A program made the translations under genes and the position numbers. Shown here in pieces: positions 13,370 through 25,809 of a stretch of 64,000 bases of DNA. The notes under the pieces are model-generated. The model searched no databases and was not told the origin of the DNA. It worked only from the letters and a program-made list of their open reading frames with translations. The DNA is from Dudresnaya verticillata. Its lineage: Eukaryota. The number at the start of each line of letters is the position of its first letter. Position 1 is the stretch's first letter. The stretch lies in NCBI GenBank assembly GCA_977862235.1, contig OZ374559.1, positions 2,108,001 to 2,172,000 on the forward strand, read 5' to 3'.

Positions 13370-14323
13370 TAGAGACCAAGAACATAGTTGCAAAGCCCAC
13401 AAGGATCAGTTCAGTGTTTTCGTGAAGAAAGCGCTCGACATTGGTCTGTCATCATGAGCACAAACATACGGCTACAGCAGCAGAAGAATGTATTTTGTTT
13501 GCTGCAGTTTAGCAACAGCCGCTACATTTATGGGAACAAGTGTTGCTGGTCGCTTAGAACTCTTGTTCTTTAATAAAGGTCTCTCTCTCTCTCTTAGAAC
13601 GAATGGATTAAATGTGGAATTGTCTGTATGTACATCTCGCGCCACAATATGTCAGTGTAGTCAGTGCAGCATTTCTCGCCACGATATCCTTCGCAATCAG
13701 CTTGTGACCTTTCTCCGCAGCATTGCTCTCCACCGTGGTATTAGTACTCAGCAGAAGCGCAACTTGTCCTACTTCGAGGAGGCCTTGGATCCCCACATCG
13801 TTGCCCACGTAAGATCACCTTAAAGAAAAAGTAAACGTTTACCATCACGTCGTGGCCGTTGTCCTTTTGTGGATTCCTCTGCACTCAACGCGTCTGAACG
13901 GTGCCGCGATGCCTGTCAGTTGCAGCATGCTGAAGACCGTACATATTAAAACCACAGTCATGACCGTCCTAGTATAGATCTTTAATTGAATGACCCTGCG
14001 GTGACACCATCTCGTAAGCATTGAAAGTCTCTGTGGTCAGCCCGCACAGTCCTTCTACCATTTCAAGTATGCGCCGCTCTCAACATCACGCTATTCATCA
14101 CTGCGAGCAATCGAAAATCCTCCATTATCGTCGATTGTGTTCAAACAACCGGACCTCCTACCGATGGCGACGTACATTTATGTGCAAGCATCCCTTTATT
14201 CTCAAAGTGGAGAGTAAGCCCCTTAAAGGGAATTAATATGCACTGTTGCTAACAGTATGCGTGAGGGGTGACGACCGAGACATCAAATGCTTGGAGGGTG
14301 GGGGGCGAAGCTACTGTCATCTA

Positions 14324-14750
14324 TGAAAAGGAAATGTTGCCTTTATTGTAAAGACGCACTTCTTTCAGAGATGAGTAATGCTAGGAAAGTGCCGTATGGG
14401 CAAAGTGTGCAAAGGTCTACATGACCAGAAAGGACGGTAACTTGAATGGTGAAAGCCAGAAGAAGAATGAAATGGGTGTAGGTGGGCGGGAGAAAGGACG
14501 GAACTTGTCTGATTTTGGCAGGGGCTGATACTCGAGGCGTCTATATATACGCTTAGAATACTACTATAGTGTTGACGTAGAGCACTGCCAGGGTTGAGCT
14601 AGTTCAATCGATCCGATAGGCTTATCGGATGCTATCCTCCGATGTGTAACAAAGTACAATCTGAATATCGTCGATATTTGCACAGGTGGATCCTTTGTAG
14701 GACGCTCGGTAGGACTCTCTATTCCCCAGAGTACCTTTTCATTCCGATAC
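14324..14750 (-). mobile_element. Isolated B+A terminus of the YR retrotransposon family at 26086-30559
   Basis: Near-identical to 26085-26511. It is inserted at TGAAAA of the tandem unit and fused to LINE sequence at 14750. Confidence 0.92.
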
Positions 14751-15460
14751 GTTGGCGCAGGGACGGAGTGGAGAAGCGTGGTCGGAGGGTGTCGACGATG
14801 GGTGCGTGGTCACTGGCCCCGTCCCAGGTACCTTCGGCGACGTGGGGTTGTGCAAGGGGATCGCAGTTGGCGACGCACAAGTCGATGGTGCTTGAACCAC
14901 CGCTGCCATTGCCACTGTGGAAGGTTGGTACAGGGGGGGCGGAGGTTGTGAACGGGTTCCGAGAGCACCATGACGCAAGGGTTTGGCCGCGGGGGTTGCA
15001 TGCTGAGCACCAAGACGGATGTCGTGCGTTGAAGTCCCCCATCAGAAGCGTGGGGCATGAAGACCGAGACTTGATTTGCTCAAGTACGTTGGTAAGAGTG
15101 GGTTTATCAGCGCGGGGGCTGATGTAAACCCCGACGATATCTCCATAGGCCGGAAGATGGATACACAGCAACTGGTATAGCGTTGGGTGGAGCGGTGGCT
15201 GTGGCGTGAGGGTGTATCGGAGCGAAGCGTGCAGCTCCGGGCGAGTGATCATTGCTATGCCCACAAGCCATGGGCCGCGGGCAGTAGCCCTTATCGCCGG
15301 TAGCTCAAACGTGGGGTGAGGGAGGGAGGGGGTGCAAAGGGGAGGAACATGCGTTTCGGTGGGGATCAGCACGCCGAGGTTTAAAGTCGTTAATAGATCC
15401 ATGATCCGGCAAGGTAGATGCGAACCCTGCAACATTCCATGTTCCAGAGATCATTCAAGG
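14751..15460 (-). pseudogene. LINE ORF2 apurinic/apyrimidinic-like endonuclease (APE) domain, frameshifted and truncated
   Basis: TWNVAG (about 15445, alternate frame), TETH, GVYISP, LMGDFNARHPSW, TIDL and SDHAPI motifs. Confidence 0.9.
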
Positions 15461-15879
15461 TTAGGGGCGTTTGGGGGTCCCGATGTGTCCGGGAGTACTG
15501 TTTGGGGAGGAGGGTGGGTTAGGTGCGATCGGTACTTCCGTGGGCCGCGGGAAGGGGCCGCTGTTCTTCCATCGTATCCGGGCTCCGCGGCGGAGGGGGA
15601 GCGGTTGCATCCACAAGCTTGGGCACTGTCGTGCCATCCAGGGACGGGTCGGGAACATTTCCGCGCTCCCAGTGGAAGGCGTTACGATACGGGGTCGGTT
15701 GCCACGCTGGAGAAGTCCAAGGGCCTGATCCATTCCATCCTTGTCTACGCGCGCTTGAAGGGGGTGGCGAACGGAGGGGTGGACGAACACAAGTGTACGA
15801 AGGCGTTCTTGGTACCACATGGCTGTGGGGAGATTCGGGTTGAGTTTTCCATTACGCTACCAACGGGTCGCAACATTAA

Positions 15880-17211
15880 GAAGGTGATGTTCCGGAGCCA
15901 GGGCGGGCGGGCTGTCTGCGGGGGTGGAGGGGATCAAAACCGTCCGGGACAGGGCGCATGAATCGATGTAGCTTCTCCGCGAGCAGAGTGTGAGCGGAAT
16001 CTTCGTAGACAACTTCCACGATATAGGGAGATGTCGTGCTGTGGTAGCAAATGTTTCGGAGGGCACGACGCTTGCCGTGTAGGACATCATTTAGAATGCA
16101 GCGTTACAAGTCGCTACGACGAACCCATTTCTCGTAATAGAAGTACGACACTGTGAGCGGGCTTCGCAATTCCCACAAGTCCCCACTCGGGCCGCGGTCG
16201 GTAGCGTACATGGTGTGAAGGTCAGCCATGGTCGTGGGAAGCGGTCGGGTTTGCGCAGGGGCACGTGCTGAATCGAGATATGGGGTATGGCCATGTGGGT
16301 TGGCTGGGAGTGGTACTGATGGGGGCGTCGTGCCCTCCAGGCCAGCGCGGTTAGCTGAGGCCGACGGATGCGGTTTAGAGACCGGCCGGCGAGTGTGAAC
16401 AGAGGGAACATGAGCACTACTGTCCTGGTGGGGCGCAGCGGGTCCGGGTTTAGGCCTTCCCGCTTCGCGGCTGGCGGCGGTGGGTTCGGGAGTGTTCCAG
16501 CGGCATGCGATGAGCGACGCCAGGTGCTCTGTCTGTTTCTTGGCCAGCTCAGCTGCTTCATCACGCGCTTCTCGTGTCGAAGAATGCATTTGATCTGCGA
16601 GGCCGACCGAGACAGTTTCCATCTTGGCATGGAAGGTAGACGCAGTTTCGTCTATTCGGGAAGACAGAGACCTGCGCGTGTCGTCCAGATTCCGCTCGAT
16701 CACGCTCATGCAATCCCTCTGCGTGGAGAGCTCTGCTCTCGTCTCAAGCAGAATGGTTTCCTGGCGCTGAATGGATGCCTCAAGGCTTGCGATGGCAGTG
16801 TCGGTTGCTCTGGCCCTCAGGTCAGTTCGCGAGGTTGAACGGGGCTTCTCCAGCAGCTTCGCCATTTTGATCGAGGCGTGCCGTAGGGCATGGCCAAGTT
16901 GCAGGACGCGGAGTAGTGCGGCTTCTTCGAAAGGGGACTGGCAGGTGCGGCAGCGGAGTGCCGGAGATTGGAGAGGGACCGGTGTCAGGGAGGATGGGTG
17001 CGGGTTGGGGCAGACAGGGCAAACGCAAAAGGCGAGGGTTTCTGGGTCGAAGAGGACACGGTCGATCTGCGCTGCGATGTCGACAAGTCGAGCGTGCGTG
17101 TTCTGAGGGGTGACAGAAAAACACACGGTGCATCGGTTGCGCCAGGGCGGCGCGTAGGGTGGGGGGCTTGTGGAGGAACGGGTGGATTGCCATCGGCGGT
17201 GTGGAGAGCAT
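15880..17211 (-). pseudogene. LINE ORF1 with Cys-rich zinc-binding N-terminus and coiled coil
   Basis: CVCPVC...RCRTC is followed by a heptad-rich segment. The frame reads through the stop at 16104 (RCILNDVLHGKRRALRNICY...IVEVVYE...GFDP). It lies directly upstream of the APE domain. Confidence 0.65.
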
Positions 17212-18046
17212 GGGCGGCTTGGTCAGTTCTAAATTTCTTGGGTTGGTTTCTGACGCTTACCGACGTGTATCTCGCGTCAGGTCGCTTGGTTGTTGGGAGA
17301 TTTCTTTTGCGATCTGGGGGTTTCGACGTTACATCATAGTGGGGTGATCTCGGGCCCGGCGAGCCCGGCGACGCGGAGCACATGACGCGGGGTGGCTTGA
17401 CCGTTTGTTGGGGATGATTTGTCCGTTGTGGGAATGGTAGCCAATGGGCTCGAGGTGTGACGTCAGGGCTCGTGGAAGCTTCGGGTGGCGGGGGTGGAAC
17501 GGATGGAATTAGTGTGCACTTGTGTTGGTGCGCCTACTAATGGGCCCGTGCCGCCCGCGTGCAGGTAGTAGTAGAGATCGATTACAGGTAATCGTAAAGA
17601 GTTGGGGATGTTTGTCAGAGTACGAATATAGGTATCACAAATACCATCCAGAGGAGGACAAGCACCCACAGTGGGAAAGGTCATTGGTGGCTGGAACGAA
17701 CGGGTTCAGGTGCTGTGTCCATGGGGTGTCTCCAGGACAGTCATTGGAGGGCGAAGGGGGCGAGATTGCAGGACGGCGAGGAACCAAGGCAGGGGCATCT
17801 ACAGCATCACGATTCGAGCGACGAACCAGCTGGAACCCATCCGAATCGAGGACAGGATCTCCAGAAGGACGAGATCGGGGTAACTCGTACCGACGTCGCT
17901 TGGCGGCGAGTGGAATCTCGCAAAGCGGGAACGCATGACCCTGTTGCGCCCGACCAGCCGTGACTAGCTTAGCAAAGAGAGAGCTTTCGACATGGCACAG
18001 TGCTTCGGAGAAGAAGGGAGCAGAACGCCAAGAACAATCAGGGGCT

Positions 18047-18996
18047 TCAATGCGGGTTATTTAGGTGCGGAGAGAGGTAGTAATGGCTTGCGATATCGTC
18101 TAAATCAGTCACGGAGGTAGCCAAATCGAGCTCGATTGGTCCTAGGACCGGCGACACCGAAATGGTCGGGACAACAACAGCATCAGCATCCTTCACGTAG
18201 TACAGAAATGCATTGTACGCGGGAGCAACATGAGGAAGGTCTGCGGCCCCCGCACAAACATAGAAATGTCGTGCACTATCCGTGGTGCTGATTGAACAAG
18301 GTCCTGGAAAGCCCCCGACTTTCATGGCAGAGCAGAAGTGGGCGGGGGAGTCGAAAGGACTAGCGTTGGCGGCAGTGGAAACCTTAACAAAGCGCCTACC
18401 CTGTGAGCCGACGGGGGTGCGGTGAATGCGGCGGACATCACTCTCCAGGCGACGAGAGATAGGCTGTTGAGACGGATGTGTGGGAGCTTTATTTCCATGA
18501 CGTCCAAGAATAGGAAGCTGGCCGACAGGACGTTTGGGCAGGTGAGTGGAAAGGGCGGCGAGATAGGGTCGAGGAGAATCTGGGGAAGAGGCGGCGGGAG
18601 CAGCGGCGGGAGAGATGACATGGGCGGAAGGGTCGGAGATAATCGATAAGAGGCAAATAACAGCGCCGAACTGGGTTCCCCGGCGAAACAGCGGAAGTAA
18701 ACCTTCAAGTGCGTCAGGCTAGCAGCGAACTGGGATATCGCGGTGTCGTTAGCGATATCGACGGTCGCCAACAAGCGGGCATTTAAGCTGAGGAAATCAA
18801 TGGCTGCATGTGTGAGTGCGGTGAATGTAGCAGACTTAGAGTTCCGATGCGTAGATGTGGAGGGGCACGAGGATTTCTGGCGGAATCGGGCATGTCGGAA
18901 ACAGATACGCCCGAGAACGTCGGACAAAGAGGACAAGAAAGCGCCAAGAGCGAAGCGAAAGAGAACCAACAGAGAGAGAGAGAGAGAGAAGGTCAC
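18047..18996 (-). other. Uncharacterised disrupted ORF(s), probably TE-derived, starting at a (TC)n tract
   Basis: Adjacent 224-aa and 92-aa ORFs. (AG)n at about 18971-18989. No motif recognised. Confidence 0.25.
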
Positions 18997-19014
18997 CGGC
19001 GTCTGTTATGCACT

Positions 19015-19390
19015 CAGCAGCAGGAGACCCGCGCCAGGCTACCCATCCCACCGCTTCCCACCAGCACTACTCCTTTGGGACCACCAAGAGCGGAAACTGG
19101 CAGATCGGTGGCACCTCGGCAGGTTCAAGATGCCCTCCAAATGCTCATCCAAGCGCACTGCCCTCCGCCAACCCGCTGCCACTCTACAAAAGCTCGCACT
19201 ACGCGACCCCACCCCTCAAGATCTCCAAGAAATAACGGAAGCCATCCACCTGATCCGAGGGCCTGCCAAGAAGAATTCCCTCTCCTCCTCCCGCAGGAGC
19301 ACTCCACATCGCCTGAATAGACCACAGCCCGAAAGTGTGCCCGCAAATGGGCCATAGCCGCCCGCGCAGGAGCACTCTAAACAAAATACC
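19015..19390 (+). mobile_element. 5'-truncated LINE 3' end
   Basis: RRPAPGYPSHRFPPAL...HQERKLADRWHLGRF matches the C-terminus of the RT ORFs at 23361, 55835 and 59511. The 3' stem-loop is at 19335-19382. Confidence 0.85.
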
Positions 19391-20539
19391 AACTTATGTC
19401 CCCCCGCGTTCATCAAAAATAGGTCAGCAGGCGCACGCATGTGAGTTGGCAGGACGCTTGGAGAATGTAGGGCGACACGAGCGACTTATGCGAACCAAAA
19501 GTCAGGTGTCTGGCTTGGTGATGGTTCAGGTCTGGCCTGGAGGGAAGGGAGCAGACCCGCGGATTATTCCCGCATTTGTGTGGCCACTGTTTGTATTCTC
19601 GACGATCGCCGCGCCGCCCCGAAACGTTTTGGAACCGGTGTCGAAAAGTTTTCAAACTTTCGTGTTCGTCGCTCGCTGTCTCCAATCCGGATTAGCGCCT
19701 TGATCCACTTCCAGCCGCCTGTCGTTCAGCTCATCCCGCTATCGACATAAAACCATTTCCACGTGCCTCGAAACACACAAATCAAACTTCACTGATCTCA
19801 CGATCTTCGCGAGTTGTCTCACCGAAGGAAAGAGGAGACCTTTATTACAGAACAACCGAAGGAAAGCCTCACGCAACTCCGAGGCTTCGGTGCCCCCCGA
19901 CTCGCGGCTCCTTCGTGCCGAGCTCTGCATCCTTCTTCGTTTACGCTCTTTCCGTCAGGTGCCTTAGCTGCCGCCAAAGCCCCAACATGAGCGCGAGTTG
20001 GGATCCCACTCGTACGCAGCGATCCAGACTAGGCGCTAGGCGCCGTTTCCCACCCGCAGGTCCGGCATCCACCCGATCCATTCGTCCAAATGAATGAACA
20101 GCACTGCGCTGTCCGCCAGACTGCGCCGATATGAGCAAGCTGTCTGTTCCCCGTGTCATCGAGTGTGCAGAGGATCTATCCTACCAACACGTTCTGCATG
20201 TCGTAGCCCTTGGATACCAGGGCCATACCAAGTGCGGTGGACTGTGGAAGGGCTTGAGTCGGCTCGCACTACGCCGTGGCCGACAGCAGGCCACGGCTGG
20301 AACCATGCTTCTCAGCACGTTCGCATGATCTTCCAGGGCTATCTCAACCGCATAGCCCGTGACGAGCACTGGGGAACTGACCGCGTCGGCGGCGCCACCT
20401 TATCGTACGTCGCTTCTTGGGCCCCTCGCAATTTGTATCCAGGTGCGGCTTATTTCCGAGTCAGCGTGAGGTTGCTGGCTACCGAATGCCAGATTCCTTA
20501 CCTAGAAGCACCGGCGCGGTCATTCAAGGAAAGGAAGAA

Positions 20540-23167
20540 ATGACAGACCTTGAGCCATCTGGGATACCCTGCGGATAAGGATTCTTCTTGTCCTGCAGAA
20601 CTTTGTCCTCGAGCAGGCTTTCTCGTGGGATAACGATTTTTTTTGGCGTAACGATCACGTTAATGGACATCAGTGTTGTCCGGATCCGAGACCTGCAAGC
20701 AACCCCGAACGATGTAAACAAGGCCGCTGCCATCCAGGAGAAGAATTCTCGCCCAGAAGTAGCAGGCTCGCCCAGCTGTGGCCAAGTTGCTTGCGCCGCG
20801 GCTGTGTCGTGTCGGCCCCTGCCTGGTGCCCCGTACTAGATGGCGGCGAGGCCGCTCTGGCCCGGTCCCAAGGCCTGAAGCGATAATCAATGACGCATAC
20901 CATCCTCGAGAGCCATGGAGCGGCTCGAGCACTTTACAGTATGTCCAGCCCCGTAACATACCTTGACCAAGGGTTACGGCTCCGTTTCCGGTCGTGCTCT
21001 TCCAACTGCGCCATCTATCCTGTACAGGCCACTTCGAGACATCGTACTGTTCAACCCCACAACAGGAGCGAGCCCTCAAAGCACTTGCTTCAACAGACCC
21101 TCTTCGTGCGACTGCACAAAAGCTCGCGCACGTGCATACCGCTCTTCGCGTTCCACACCGCCACGGTCTTGTACTGAAGCGGACAGGATCTCCTGCCAGT
21201 CCGAAGTTACCCCTACGCACCGCATCCAATTCGTGCGATCACGCAACTTCTCACCCACAGCATTACTATTGCCCAAGTCTCACACCCGCACTGTCTCGTC
21301 CACTGAGCGAAACACGCTGCGCCACCCGTCTGGAGTCCTCGCCACCCACAACGGTCATTCCGTGAACAGTGCAGCGTCTTCCCCGCAGGCTTATCGTTCC
21401 CCACCATAGCACTCACGCCGTTTTGTCTGGGCTCAACACGATGTGACGCCTGTCTAGGGTCGCTCTGACGCAAGACTCGACCTCTCGAGTACCCGTGCGA
21501 GGGCTTGGTCACGGGCTTGCCGCTTCTCACCAGCCAGACCCGAACCGCCATGTCGTACGAGTCGGACCCAATATGGCTCTAATCAATACCGAAATGCTGC
21601 CATTGAGGTTCTAGGTTTCCCTATTGGGGCTGACAATGCCTGTGGCTATCTTGACGAAGAAACTACAGTCCGTGGCTCTACTCTGGGATCGATTACTTTC
21701 TCTCGGTGACCCTCAACTTGTGTTTCACCTTCTACGCTTCTGTGCTGGTGTATCAAAACTATCCTACGTGCTTCGAACTACCCCTCCGCACTTAACCTCT
21801 TCCATTGCCGTGTCCCACGACCTTGGAATGCGACGGGTATTTGAAGAAACTCTTAACCGATTCGATTTGGAAGCTCAGTTCTCTACCGCTGCGATCTGGT
21901 GGCCTAGGACTGACTAGAGCTTCTGCTGTGGTGGATCTCAGCTATCTAGCGTCTCTCGGTTCAAGCATGTCTACCATCCGGACAGTTCTTGGTCCTTTTC
22001 CCTTCCCTGCTGAAAACACCCTTGGGCCTTCCCTAGGCCGTCTACGCTCTTCTGTTGGCAAAAATTGTCAAGCCCGACTTAATGGTGTAACCACGTTCTT
22101 GAATTCTTTCCATGCTACTCCTCATGACTCAAGGTCTCCCGGATCTGTTCATCATGAGCTTTTTTTCTTCTATTAATGCCGTGGTTTTGGCCTCTGTGAC
22201 TCCGTCATCCAACTGTAGTGATGATCTTCGCTGTCGTCTTCGTCTGCAATCTACCTGCACGGCCAGTTCTGCGCGCGCATTTGCAGCTGTACCTTCCTCC
22301 TTCCACGGTACTCCGGTCGAACCTGAAGTTTGGATATCGATGATCCAGCTACGACTTGGACTTCCCATCTTCAGTGGAGATGACCCATGCCCCCGTTGTG
22401 TTGATGGTACCGCTTCTGTTCCCCCTCTTCTTGATGTTTATGGGCATCATGCTACAATATGCTCTTCTCGTGAAGGCACGATTCGCCGTCATGATCATCT
22501 TCGGGATCGCTTAAGCGTCTTATTTTAGACTATCGCCCACCCCCATGGCGTGCGCGTTGAAGCTGAACATCGTTTCACTTATTCGGATGAGCATGGGGCC
22601 CGTAGCTCTGTCCCCAACGCTGCCCGAACACGTGCTGAACGCATACGTGACGAGCGTCATGCTGCTTCTGGTGGTCCCCCACAGCCTGTTGATCCACGTG
22701 ACCAACTGCGTATGGATATTTTCGTTGATGATCGTGGCTTTGCCCCTCACCCCCATGGATTTGATGTCTCGGTCGTCAGCCCCCATTCTATTCATGGTTC
22801 CACTGGTCGCGTTTCTGACCAAGCCATTGCAGCTCGCGAACGTGTCAAACGCTCTCATTACCGCCGCGTATGCGCTAGTTTGGATATGGTTCTCCATCCT
22901 ATGGTTGTAGATGTCTATGGCCGTGTTGGATCTGGCTTTGAAGTTGGCGCCCAACGTATTGCCAATTTCATTGCCAGCAAGCGCGGGACCTCTCCGTCTA
23001 CGGAGAAACTTCGCCTCACTACTTGTTTTACTCTCTTTAGTTCTCCAATGCATCGCGGTGAGTGTCAACCGCCGCAAGCTTGCTCCTCCGCCTCTTTATG
23101 GAAGCTCTGAATCCTAAGCCCCCTTAAGGGGCTTCTATCTTGTTCTTTAATAAAGGTCTCCTCTCTC
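20540..23167 (+). mobile_element. Decayed CRE-like non-LTR retrotransposon (C2H2 finger, RT C-terminus, CCHC knuckle, REL endonuclease); RT core deleted; 5' boundary uncertain, possibly back to about 19400
   Basis: CPAELC...DHVNGH (about 20590-20670), IEVLGFPIG, LLRFCAGVSKLSYVLRTTPP, LPLRSGGLGL, LRLG...CPRC...HATIC...IRRHD, MDIFVDD...FDVSVV...KRSHYRRVC. It has a 3' hairpin at 23116-23134, AATAAA and a TC tail. Confidence 0.85.
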
Positions 23168-23179
23168 ATTAGTACAGCG

Positions 23180-24870
23180 CTTGTGCCAATCTGGAATGTG
23201 ATGTTTGATTTTAATGGTTGTTTAGGGTGGTCTTGTGCGGGTGACGATGGCCCATGGGCAAGCACACCGGCAAGCTACAGTTGCTAAGGTTATTCTTGAT
23301 GAAATCCATTAAAAGTATCCTATCACCGGTAAAGGGGTGGAGCTATCCTTCGGAAAGGGATCAGTTACGTGGGGACCGACTGAGTTGTGGGTGGGAAGTA
23401 GACAGGGGAAACGCGTGGCTGCAGGCGTTCCGGATAGATGAGATTGTGTCGGAGATGGCGTAGAGATCAGCGGCGAGTGGTTCTGGGAGCGACAGGGCTT
23501 GGAGAGATTGGGCGAGGGGTCGAACTTCCTCGCGGGCAATTGGGCAGGGCAGCGGAATAGGGAACGTCCCCAGGTGCCAACGGATTGCTAGTTTCTTGTC
23601 TCTGTGGTCTGGTAGCTCCGGGGCTGGTGGTAATCGATGCGAGCTGTACACCGGGGCAGGACGTCGACCAGATACCGCCGCACGCCATTCCTGTAGCAGC
23701 AAGTCGCGGAGTTCTCGCCGCGTTCGGGATTGTTGGGATGTGTAGCCACAGCATGCATCCCAGAAAGCAATACGCGGTGTGGCCTGGAGAGCAGAAAGCG
23801 TTCTTTGGGCGTGCCAGGAGGCAGGAAGCGCTGCTAAGCCGGTGAGACGTTGTAGCGCAGCGCAGAAGCTCCGTTGCACGATCTTCTGGCGAAGGAGAGG
23901 AGGTTCGAGGCGGAAGATGGCTCTGAGCTTCCGCAAGCGTTGGACAGACATTGTAGACGACCTCTGGGAGATTAGAAGGCGGAAGAAAGTTGTGTCCAAG
24001 CTGTCAATCTCGCGGCATACGGCTGGGGTGTATCGGGTAATGGCACAGCCGTGTTCGTAGACGGGGCGAACAAATATATGGTAGATATAACGAGCAGCGT
24101 GTGCGGGCATCTTGGAGGAGATGTGGCCTAATGAGACAAGTGTTCCAAGTTGGCGCTTCGCAGCAGCTATGCGTTGTAGGGTCGCTGAGTCCAAAGCCCC
24201 CTCCGGCGAGATCTGGATGCCAAGATAGCGCGCGTCGCATGTGACGTCGATTGGTTGGCCATCAATGAGGAATGTGGTTGAGCTAGGGCGTGTGCGATGT
24301 CGTTTCGGGAGGAGGATGGCACACTTGGGGGCAGACCATTGCATTCCATTCTGTTCGGCCCATGCTTGGCATACGTTAAGCGCAGCGCGCAGCTTTGCCG
24401 GGTTGCCAACATGGAGAATACAGTCATCGGCAAATAGGCGGCGCGGCGGGTTGTCGTCGGGGGACCCGAGTGCACTGCAGAGGTCGTAGGCCAGGGAATC
24501 GATGAAGAGGTTGAAGAGGATTGGACTTAGTGGGGATGCCTGTATCACGCCGCGTCGTACTTCTGCACTCTCGTTACTTGCATCACCTGCCGGGCGGATT
24601 TGTATTGCCACGAGGGTGTTGGCGATCATGGCAGTCAAATGCGGTGGCAGCCGCTCTTCACAGCATGCGAGTAGCTTATGTCTGTCTACTCGGGCATATG
24701 CGCTCTTCAGGTCCAGTGCACCAATGTAATCATCTCCAGCAGCGCTTGCTGCAAGCGTGAGTACAGCAGCCGTATCTGACCGCAGAAGGGGTTGGAACCC
24801 AAGCTGCATCCGGTGCGGGGCGAAAACTGCTTCCGCCTCGTACGCAATAGCTCGCTCAATGACTTTCCGA
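23180..24870 (-). mobile_element. 5'-truncated LINE with reverse transcriptase domain
   Basis: QLGFQP, LDLKSAYARV, GVIQASPLSPILFNLFID, LFADD, RYLGI and RWHLGTFPIP. The 3' stem-loop is at 23220-23267. Confidence 0.93.
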
Positions 24871-24879
24871 ATGTGCAGA

Positions 24880-25784
24880 AATTGCTTTCGGCTCTTTCGT
24901 TTTTTGGCATATGCATCTTCTTCTACCCGCGTGCAACCCGACATATGGCTCACCATGCTCAAACTTAGACTGGGTGTGGTGATCTTCCGTGGTGATCGCC
25001 CTTGTCCTGCTTGTCTCCATGGCACATCCGCTGAAGTTCCACTCCTTGATATCTTTGGACACCATGCCACAATCTGTCGATCGGGAACTGGCAGCATTCG
25101 CCGCCATGATACCCTCCGAAATCAACTTGGGGCTTTCTTTCGTAATACTGCTCGGAACCATGGCGTTACTGTTCAGCTTGAACGCAACTTTTCCTACCTA
25201 GAGGAGACTGGGGATTCCCGAGTTGTGGCGTCTTCTGCACGCACTGCTTCAGAAAGGCGTCGCGATGCCCGTCAATTACAACGTACTGAAGACCGTTTCG
25301 AAGAAGACCGACGTGTCCATCTTCGTATGGATCTCTATGTTGATGACCCTGCGTTTGCTCCCCTCCCGCAAGCATTTGACGTCTCCGTGGTGACACCACA
25401 CCATCCAACTACACTGTCCAAAACGCCTCGCTCTCAACATCAAGCTATTCACCGCCGCGAGCAAGCTAAAGCCCGTCATTATCGTCGCTTATGTTCTACC
25501 AACCGGATAGAACTCCATCCTATGGTGATGGACATCTATGGTGCCATTGGTTCTGGGTTCGATCGAGGCGCTCAGGGCGTGGCGAATTTCCTAGCTGCTA
25601 TGAAGGGCACTTCGCCGATCTCTGAGAAAATATCTCTTCTCACCCACCTCACCTCTCTTGTACTTCAATCTGTCGCGGTGGCTGTTAACCGCCGTTTACT
25701 CTTCGACCGTCGCCTTTCAGATGAGTTTTAGATAAGCCCCCTTACGGGGCTGTAGTCTTTCCTATGCATAAAGGTCTCCATCTC
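24880..25784 (+). mobile_element. CRE-like non-LTR 3' portion (CCHC + REL endonuclease)
   Basis: LKLRLG...CPAC...FGHHATIC...IRRHD, MDLYVDD...FDVSVV, KARHYRRLC and PMVMDIYG. Stop at 25731, hairpin at 25735-25751, then an ATAAAGGTCTC tail. Confidence 0.9.
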
Positions 25785-25809
25785 GTTTTTTGGAAACCAG
25801 ATCCAACCA

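Larger units (their letters stand above)
1..14329. repeat. Tandem segmental array, 4909-bp unit, about 2.9 copies in window (1-4909, 4910-9818, 9819-14329); open at the left window edge
   Basis: The ORF track repeats with an exact 4909 offset. The only difference I spotted is A465 vs C5374/C10283. The third copy stops at 14329, where a YR-retrotransposon terminus begins. Confidence 0.98.

Noticed and set aside
23221..23227. TTTAGGG telomere-like unit (also 47864)
   Set aside because: Single units that belong to the LINE 3' motif; they vary in the other three copies.
23361..25731. Overlapping antisense 578-aa and 324-aa ORFs as a bidirectional gene pair
   Set aside because: Chimeric read-through across the junction (about 24870) of two unrelated truncated retroelements.
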